From an uncultured Candidatus Saccharibacteria bacterium (GTDB taxonomy: Bacteria > Patescibacteriota > Minisyncoccia > Minisyncoccales > CAYZYK01), in NCBI GenBank assembly GCA_964507665.1, contig CAZDPT010000004.1:1-56967 (forward strand): a stretch of 56,967 bases of DNA. The letters run 5' to 3'. The translations under genes and the position numbers were made by a program. Shown piece by piece: positions 51,549 to 56,967 of the stretch. Within the stretch, counting starts at the first letter, position 1. Each line of letters begins with the position of its first letter. Below the pieces are notes generated by a model, which worked only from the letters and a program-made list of their open reading frames with translations, was not told the origin of the DNA and ran no database searches.

Positions 51549-51830
51549 ATGTTATCTCAATTACCAATAAATCTTAAAAAAATAAAAAAAGAGAATATAG
51601 ATAAAGAGATTTTAAGGGCAGGCCTTATTGCTGAACTAGATGCTATTTCTCTTTATGAGCAGTTAGCTGCTATGACAGACAACAAAAATATTAAAAAAGT
51701 TCTCTTGGATATAGCAAAAGAAGAAAAAACTCATGTCGGAGAATTTGAGACACTTTTGCTTAAATTAGATAAAGAGCAAGTTCAAGAACAGAGAAAGGGA
51801 AAAGAAGAAGTTGATGAGATTACAGGATAA
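51549..51830 (+). CDS. small ferritin-like (rubrerythrin-fold, EncFtn-like) protein
   Basis: 'AELDAISLYEQL' and 'IAKEEKTHVGEFETLL' (E...ExxH metal-binding pattern), about 93 aa. Confidence 0.6.
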   Translation: MLSQLPINLKKIKKENIDKEILRAGLIAELDAISLYEQLAAMTDNKNIKKVLLDIAKEEKTHVGEFETLLLKLDKEQVQEQRKGKEEVDEITG

Positions 51831-51922
51831 TTTCAGAGAAAGTTTTCGGAAGTGGTTTTCTTGAAAGTGACTTTCTTTATTCTTTGAAGATTTAATAAAT
51901 AAAAACTAAACAAAAATAGATT

Positions 51923-52585
51923 ATGATAGATTTAAAAGCTCTTAAAAAAAATAGTCAAATTTTGGAGTTTATTAAAAAGAGCGACATGGTATTGGAAACA
52001 ATGGGTTATACGAATCACGGATTAAATCATTTGAATTTAGTTGCTTCAAGAGCAAGAACAGTTGCCAGAGAAATCGGGCTTTCAAAAAGAGAACAGGAAT
52101 TAGCAGCTATTGCCGGTTTTTGTCATGATATGGGAAATTTTATTAGCCGAACCAATCACCATTATTTTGGAGCCTTGCTTTTTCATCAGATTTTTAAAGA
52201 TGAAATGAAAAATGGGGAATTAACAATAATTATGCAAGCGATCGCAAATCATGATAAAGACGAAATGGAGTTTATTCATCCTGTTTCAGCGATAGTTGTC
52301 TTAGCTGACAAATCGGATGTAAGAAGAGAGAGAGTTAAAACTCGAAAAATTAGAGAAATAAGAAAAGATATCCACGATAGAGTTAATTTTGCAACAAAAA
52401 AATCTAAATTAGGAATTAATAAAAGAAAAAAAAGAATTATTTTGGATTTAAAAATTGATAAGTCATTTGTTAAAGTAATGGAATATTTTGAGATTTTTAC
52501 AGAAAGAATGGTGTATTGTCGAAAGGCTGCCAAATACGTAGGATATGATTTTGGGTTAGTTATTAATAATTTTAAATTATCATAA
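51923..52585 (+). CDS. HD-domain phosphohydrolase
   Basis: 'HGLNH' and 'GFCHDMGN' HD motifs. Confidence 0.75.
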   Translation: MIDLKALKKNSQILEFIKKSDMVLETMGYTNHGLNHLNLVASRARTVAREIGLSKREQELAAIAGFCHDMGNFISRTNHHYFGALLFHQIFKDEMKNGELTIIMQAIANHDKDEMEFIHPVSAIVVLADKSDVRRERVKTRKIREIRKDIHDRVNFATKKSKLGINKRKKRIILDLKIDKSFVKVMEYFEIFTERMVYCRKAAKYVGYDFGLVINNFKLS

Positions 52586-52609
52586 ATTAACTGTTATGAA
52601 ATTAATGAA

Positions 52610-53434
52610 ATGAAGCAGTGTCCCTTTTCGGTTTTTGATAAATATTTGTCTTTACAACAAGGAGTTAATAAAAGAATTGGCAAAAAGATTACCAAAAGAA
52701 TTACTAAAGAATCTGATAAGAGAACTTTAATTTTAACTGTTTCTGAGGTGAGCGATGGTTCAATGAAATTTATAGGAAAAGAGAAAGAAGACAAAATAGT
52801 TTTTAAAAACAGAAAAAGATTTTTAAAAAAATTAAAAATTGTTCCTAATCAACTTGTTAATGCTGGTTTAGTTCATGGAAGTAAAGTTAAAATTGTAAAT
52901 AAGAAAGACAAAGGAAAAAAAATTAAGAAAACAGATGGATTGACAACCGAAGATAAAAATGTTTTTTTAGCAATAACGGTGGCAGATTGTCTGCCCATTT
53001 TTATTTTTGCTCCACCTTGTAGAGTTATCGGTTTAGTTCATGGTGGTTGGAGAAGTTTAGCAAAGAATATTTTAAAAGAATCTATTGAAAAGTTTAAAAA
53101 AGAATTTGAAACAAAGCCCGAAAATATTTTAGTGGGGATAGGACCTGGTATAGGGAAGTGTCATTTTGAAGTTAAAGAAGATGTTGCTGATAAATTCAAA
53201 TCTTTTGATTCTGTTTTAGAGAAAAGAAACAACAAGACTTTTCTTGATCTTAAAAAAACAGCAAAAATTCAATTGATAAAATTAGGACTTAAAGAAAAAA
53301 ATATTGAAATTAATCCAGAATGTACTTTTTGTGAAGAAAACAAATATTTTTCTTATAGAAGAAATAATTCTGATGATTTAATAGGAAAAACTAAAGTAAA
53401 GAAAGCGATGTTAGCTGTTTTTGGTCAAAGATAG
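52610..53434 (+). CDS. pgeF: YfiH/PgeF (DUF152, laccase-domain) protein
   Basis: 'TVADCLPIF', 'VHGGWRS', and a C-terminal 'CTFC...YFSYRR' pattern. Confidence 0.75.
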   Translation: MKQCPFSVFDKYLSLQQGVNKRIGKKITKRITKESDKRTLILTVSEVSDGSMKFIGKEKEDKIVFKNRKRFLKKLKIVPNQLVNAGLVHGSKVKIVNKKDKGKKIKKTDGLTTEDKNVFLAITVADCLPIFIFAPPCRVIGLVHGGWRSLAKNILKESIEKFKKEFETKPENILVGIGPGIGKCHFEVKEDVADKFKSFDSVLEKRNNKTFLDLKKTAKIQLIKLGLKEKNIEINPECTFCEENKYFSYRRNNSDDLIGKTKVKKAMLAVFGQR

Positions 53435-53440
53435 TATTTT

Positions 53441-53473
53441 AAAATAAAAAGTCCCCGAGAGCCTAATCGGGGA
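53441..53473 (-). terminator. rho-independent terminator for the minus-strand purM remnant
   Basis: TCCCCGA..TCGGGGA hairpin, followed on the minus strand by CTTTTTATTTT. Confidence 0.5.
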
Positions 53474-53487
53474 TCGAAAGTCCTCCT

Positions 53488-53697
53488 TTACCAGGTGAAA
53501 TTTACCCTATTTTCCTCCTCTTTAGAGGAGGTTTTTCTTCTTGCAATAATTGTGTGTCCTGGTTTTAAATGAGAAAGTTTTTCTCTTGTCTCTTCAATTG
53601 TGTCTTTGGAGATAACCAATACCAGTCCTATGCCTAAATTGAAAACTCTTCTCATTTCTTTATCAGCTTTCTTGTGAGCTCCTCCTTCTTGCTCCAT
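53488..53697 (-). pseudogene. purM: C-terminal remnant of purM (AIR synthase)
   Basis: The 69-aa ORF 'QEGG...EMRRVFNLGIGLVLVISKD..' matches only the last ~55 residues of PurM. Preceded by AAAGGAGGTGAAGTA. Confidence 0.6.
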
Positions 53698-53884
53698 TAC
53701 TTCACCTCCTTTTTGTTAGGTTGACAAGGTTCAACACATTTATCTTATATCTTGATAATAAGTTCAGTCAAGAACCTGGTTACTGCCTTGCCAAACTTGA
53801 CTACTGAGGTTTGACATTATTGAATCTAAACATTAAGATTAAGTTGCTCTTTGCTCTTTGTCAGTTTGTAAGGAAGAGGAAGAA

Positions 53885-54013
53885 ATGAAAGACTTTAACA
53901 AAACAGAGATGATTGTTAGGGGCTTGTTTCTTTTGGCTGTCCTCGCAGGATTTTTCTGGGGCTTGTGGGAATGGGTCACGAACTTTCCACCCCCCGGTGT
54001 TTTTGGTTCTTAA
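53885..54013 (+). CDS. possible 42-aa membrane peptide
   Basis: ATG preceded by AAGGAAGAGGAAGAA. Sequence 'MKDFNKTEMIVRGLFLLAVLAGFFWGLWEWV...'. Not in the track because it is under 60 aa. Confidence 0.3.
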   Translation: MKDFNKTEMIVRGLFLLAVLAGFFWGLWEWVTNFPPPGVFGS

Positions 54014-54031
54014 GATAAGAGGGGAGAGAAG

Positions 54032-54670
54032 ATGTACAAGACAGAGGAGGAGTGGATGGATTGTTTTCGGGCAATGGGCGCGCTCTGGATTCACGATGGT
54101 AATCCAGAGAAACTTCATGCCTTGCTTACTTCAGGTAATCATTCAGATGGATATTTCAATGGCAGCTTTATAATACAGAACCCTTTTGCTTTACAGCAGG
54201 TGTGTTCAGATCTTGTTGAAAGGTACAGAGAGGAAATTAATTTAGTATCAACTCAGGGAGTCATAACAGTTGTTGGTTCTGCTATGGGCGCTGTTACCAT
54301 AGCCTATGAGATGGCTCGCCAATTGGGATATTATACTGCTTTTACAGAACCTACTCCCGATAAAGAACGAATGATATTGAAACGTTTTGATATCGAAGAT
54401 AATGAAATTGTTCTGGTAGTGGAGGATGTAATAACAACAGGAGGTACCACTCTGAAAACCATTAGTTCTTTAGAGAAAGTGGGTGCTCAAATCTTGCCAG
54501 TAATTCCAGTTATTTTCAATCGTTCAGGCAAAGAGAAACTTGATGGTAGAGAAATCATTGCTTTGATTGATCAGCCTTTGTCTGTTTGGACTCCCGAGGA
54601 TTGTCCTCTTTGTGAGAAAGGTTCAGAACCAGTTCGACCAAAGGCAAATTGGCAGGCTTTAACCGCTTAA
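54032..54670 (+). CDS. pyrE: orotate phosphoribosyltransferase-like PRTase
   Basis: PRPP motif 'VLVVEDVITTGGTT'. Adjacent to pyrF. Confidence 0.7.
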   Translation: MYKTEEEWMDCFRAMGALWIHDGNPEKLHALLTSGNHSDGYFNGSFIIQNPFALQQVCSDLVERYREEINLVSTQGVITVVGSAMGAVTIAYEMARQLGYYTAFTEPTPDKERMILKRFDIEDNEIVLVVEDVITTGGTTLKTISSLEKVGAQILPVIPVIFNRSGKEKLDGREIIALIDQPLSVWTPEDCPLCEKGSEPVRPKANWQALTA

Positions 54671-54701
54671 TGTTGAAGAAACCAGAGAGAGGAGGCGGAA
54701 G

Positions 54702-55436
54702 ATGCAGGAGATGCAGGAGCAAGAATGGATCAAACCCGTAATTTTAGCTTTAGATGGAATGGATCCACATACTGCTATTCATACTGCAGACATTCTCCAA
54801 GATGTTATTGGGGGTGTAAAAGTCAATGATCTTCTTGATCTCCGTGGTATAAGTATTATCCGGACTCTTAAAAGAATAAAACTTATGGTAATGGCAGACC
54901 CTAAGATAAAAGACATTCCAAGAACTATCACAAGGAGAGTTAATCATTATGTTGATGCTGGAGCGGACTTTGTGACAGTAATGGCTGATAATTCCAGGGA
55001 TTCTTTAGAAGCAGCAGTAGAAGCTACAGAAGGTTCAGATACGAGAGTTGTAGCTGTTACTGTTCTTACTTCTATCGGTGAAGAAGAATGCTCCAAGATT
55101 TATGGAATTGATCCAGTAAATGGTGTTTATAGGTTTGCTAGAAAAGCAGTTCAAACAGGAATATCTGCTGTTGTCTGTTCTCCTCAGGAATTGGAAATAT
55201 TCAGTGATCCTTGTCTGAGAGGACTCGTTAAAATTACTCCGGGAATTCGTCTGGCTGATCAAGATAAAGAGGATCAGAAACGAGTGACAACTCCTAATCA
55301 AGCAATAGAGGCAGGCGCTAATCTTCTGGTAATCGGTAGCGCTATTCTTAAAGCAGGAGATAGAAGCACAGGAGCAAGAAAAGAAGCTGCAAGGAAGATT
55401 TTACAGCAAATTGAAGAAGCTAGAAAAAAGAGATGA
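54702..55436 (+). CDS. pyrF: orotidine 5'-phosphate decarboxylase
   Basis: 'ILALDG', 'GGVKVN', 'MADPKIKDIPRT' (DxKxxD-type) and 'LLVIGSAI' motifs. Confidence 0.8.
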   Translation: MQEMQEQEWIKPVILALDGMDPHTAIHTADILQDVIGGVKVNDLLDLRGISIIRTLKRIKLMVMADPKIKDIPRTITRRVNHYVDAGADFVTVMADNSRDSLEAAVEATEGSDTRVVAVTVLTSIGEEECSKIYGIDPVNGVYRFARKAVQTGISAVVCSPQELEIFSDPCLRGLVKITPGIRLADQDKEDQKRVTTPNQAIEAGANLLVIGSAILKAGDRSTGARKEAARKILQQIEEARKKR

Positions 55437-55456
55437 TTTCTAGAAGTTGAATCTTT

Positions 55457-55528
55457 AGGCAGGAGTTATCAGGGTGTTTTCCCTGGAGGAGGTGATGACA
55501 CCTTGCTCTGATTCCTGCCTCTTTTTTA
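55457..55528 (+). terminator. long composite terminator hairpin
   Basis: AGGCAGGA(gtt)ATCAG ... CTGATTCCTGCCT followed by CTTTTTTATT. Confidence 0.6.
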
Positions 55529-55529
55529 T

Positions 55530-55557
55530 TTGACCTTGAGAGGTTTTTGTGTAAAAT
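55530..55557 (+). promoter_or_regulatory. sigma70-like promoter TTGACC-16-TAAAAT
   Basis: Lies about 300 nt upstream of the dapB start. Confidence 0.4.
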
Positions 55558-55865
55558 AAAAATATCTTTGTTCTTTTTAATTTAATAAGAGGAGGAAGAA
55601 TGAGATAGAAGTAAAGAAGGTGTTTCCTGGAGATGTTGGTCTTGTCTACTTTCTAAGTGAGACAACATTCGGAGAAATAAGGACAAATGGATCGAAGCAA
55701 TGACAGACCTCGAGGGAATGTTTACATAAACGGTGGTCCGATGATAGGTTTTCATCCAGCTCACAATACTGGAAGGAGAACCTTTCCAAGACATAGAGTT
55801 CGGGCCCCTCAAAAAAGACATTCCTCAGGCCCCAAACGAATGAAAGCAAAGGAAGGAGAAGTAAG

Positions 55866-56672
55866 ATGGAGATAGCAAGAGTGATGATTGCGGGATTGCC
55901 AGGCAACATGGCAACTTTAGTTGCCTCTCAGGTAGCTCAAGCTGAGGATATAGAACTTCTTCAAATAGGTCTTGCTGAAAGAGAAGGGGATATAGAGGTA
56001 GAAGGCATTTCTGTAGGTTATGTTCCTCTGGATCAGCACGAAGAGGAAATCGGGAGATTTCCTCCCGATATCATAGTTGATTTTACTGGAGGGGAAGCAG
56101 TTAATCGAAACGCTGAAATGTATTGTAGAACAGAAACTCCCTTTGTGATGGGAACTACTGGGGGAGATAGAGAAGCACTTCAAGCAGTCGTAGAAAAATC
56201 AAACATCTCAGCTGTGATTGCTCCTAATATGGCAGCTCAAATAGTTGCTCTCCAGGCAATGCTGGAGTTTGGAGCAGAAAATTTCCCTGGAGTTTTTGAG
56301 GGTTATACTTTAGAGGTGGTGGAGAGTCACCAATCCTATAAAGAATCAACAAGCGGCACAGCAAAAGCTATGGTTGGTTACTTCAATACTTTGGGAGCTC
56401 CGTTCTCAAAAGGGGATATTGTTAAGATAAGAGACCCAGCCAGTCAAGAGAAACTCTTGGGTGTGCCCAAAGAACACCTGAACGGTCACGGTTGGCATAA
56501 ATACACCCTGAGATCTCCCCAAGGAGATGTTCTTTTTCAAATTGTACATAACGTAAACGGAAGAGATGTTTATGTTCGGGGAGTATTAGATGCTATTCGC
56601 TTTTTGTATCCTAGGAGAGAGGAACAAGGTAGAGTTTACAGTATGATTGATGTTCTCCGAGGTGGAGAATAA
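55866..56672 (+). CDS. dapB: 4-hydroxy-tetrahydrodipicolinate reductase (plant/chlamydia-type DapB)
   Basis: 'IAGLPGNMA', 'VMGTTGG', 'VVESHQSYKESTSGTAKAM', and the C-terminal 'GRDVYVRGVLDAIRFL' pattern. Confidence 0.75.
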   Translation: MEIARVMIAGLPGNMATLVASQVAQAEDIELLQIGLAEREGDIEVEGISVGYVPLDQHEEEIGRFPPDIIVDFTGGEAVNRNAEMYCRTETPFVMGTTGGDREALQAVVEKSNISAVIAPNMAAQIVALQAMLEFGAENFPGVFEGYTLEVVESHQSYKESTSGTAKAMVGYFNTLGAPFSKGDIVKIRDPASQEKLLGVPKEHLNGHGWHKYTLRSPQGDVLFQIVHNVNGRDVYVRGVLDAIRFLYPRREEQGRVYSMIDVLRGGE

Positions 56673-56691
56673 ATTTCTTTTTTCCTTTAAG

Positions 56692-56719
56692 GGGCGTCAT
56701 TTCTGGCGCCCATTTTTTA
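56692..56719 (+). terminator. rho-independent terminator
   Basis: GGGCGTCA-TTTC-TGGCGCCC followed by ATTTTTT. Confidence 0.7.
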
Positions 56720-56784
56720 TTTCAATTGAAGGTTTACCTTTATTTTGCTATATTAAAGCAACAAATACTCTATTTAGATTAAAA

Positions 56785-56967
56785 ATGCCTACTGAAGAAA
56801 TAGGAAAAAAATCAAAAAAGGGATTACTTTTAGCTTTTGGAGAATTATTTCTTAAATCAGAAGGAGTTAAAAAAATCTTTAAGAGAAAGTTGAGAAATAA
56901 TATTTCTTTTTTTCTTAAGAAAGAAAGAGTAAAATTTGAAATTCATTCCCAAAGAGGAAGAATTTTT
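56785..56967 (+). CDS. 5' part of a ThiI-like (THUMP-type) gene, truncated by the window end
   Basis: Open frame from ATG 56785 to the window end. 'LLLAFGELFLKSEGVKKIFKRKLRNNI' resembles the ThiI N-terminus (GE-x-x-LK). Confidence 0.4.
   Translation, partial: MPTEEIGKKSKKGLLLAFGELFLKSEGVKKIFKRKLRNNISFFLKKERVKFEIHSQRGRIF

Noticed and set aside
53913-54173. 86-aa ORF overlapping the pyrE start.
   Set aside because: It is in a different frame from the motif-bearing pyrE ORF. It overlaps both the 42-aa candidate peptide and pyrE, and it has no RBS.
55581-55800. Lysine (L-box) riboswitch call upstream of dapB.
   Set aside because: Only partial box-like matches are present. The conserved ACUGUCA and 3' GGAGAGC elements, and a clear P1 helix and terminator, were not found.
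55687-55875. 62-aa Arg/Pro/Gly-rich ORF upstream of dapB.
   Set aside because: It has no RBS, an atypical composition and no recognisable motif. It lies in the putative dapB leader, so it is more likely non-coding.
1-56967. Alternative genetic code (UGA as a sense codon, as in some candidate phyla).
   Set aside because: Long motif-bearing ORFs read through under the standard code. TGA clearly terminates genes, for example at 1086-1088, 4462-4464 and 22395-22397. TAA and TAG are also used as stops.
1-56967. CRISPR arrays, tRNA/rRNA genes, transposases and integrases.
   Set aside because: No regularly spaced short direct repeats, no cloverleaf-like or rRNA-like segments, and no recombinase-like ORFs were seen in any intergenic or coding region.

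Overview
AT-rich, gene-dense bacterial fragment with almost every gene on the + strand. Only three credible minus-strand genes are present. No rRNA, tRNA, CRISPR array, transposase or integrase was found. The gene content resembles a small Patescibacteria/CPR-type genome, but this is inference: type IV pilus genes, cohesin/dockerin and lamin-tail-like surface proteins, a DUF5667 protein, an RRM protein, glgA-GH57-glgA, and few biosynthetic genes.

Gene order:
- 0.1-1.8 kb: ABC-2 exporter.
- 2.0-9.6 kb: co-directional sulfur-relay, thiol-disulfide and lipoyl-carrier cluster. It holds a ferredoxin, a Trx-DsbD-like membrane protein, a GcvH-like protein, a Trx, TusA, YeeE, DsrEFH-like proteins, LipA and a split LplA.
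- 9.7-12.2 kb: small cassette-like array (MNT/HEPN, NYN, NTase-fold), punctuated by four copies of a ~65-nt repeat that ends in a terminator hairpin.
- 12.2-16.6 kb: glgA-GH57-glgA.
- 17.6-20.2 kb: DRG-like GTPase, RRM protein and a membrane-anchored methyltransferase.
- 20.3-30.5 kb: type IV pilus locus with an embedded sensor-less histidine kinase and three receiver-only regulators.
- 30.7-45.4 kb: block of secreted or membrane-anchored surface proteins. It includes a nested-domain protein, an O-antigen-ligase/TPR gene with an in-frame TAG, a dockerin protein and three cohesin-like paralogs.
- 45.5 kb: T-box leader in front of a 61-aa zinc-ribbon ORF.
- 46-53.4 kb: housekeeping and accessory genes, including a Leu-codon-rich mini-ORF with alternative hairpins at 50.1 kb.
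- 53.5-56.7 kb: visibly GC-richer segment (purM remnant, pyrE, pyrF, dapB).

Best candidates for something undescribed:
1. The Hdr-less sulfur-relay plus lipoyl-carrier operon.
2. The pilus and surface-protein complex, with a shared pilin C-terminal 'HYRWRNDDGG' tag, a possible split module, and cohesin-dockerin pairing.
3. Two unusual cis-regulatory leaders: the T-box with a non-canonical downstream gene, and the Leu-rich attenuator-like element.

All family assignments come from reading motifs by eye. No searches were run.
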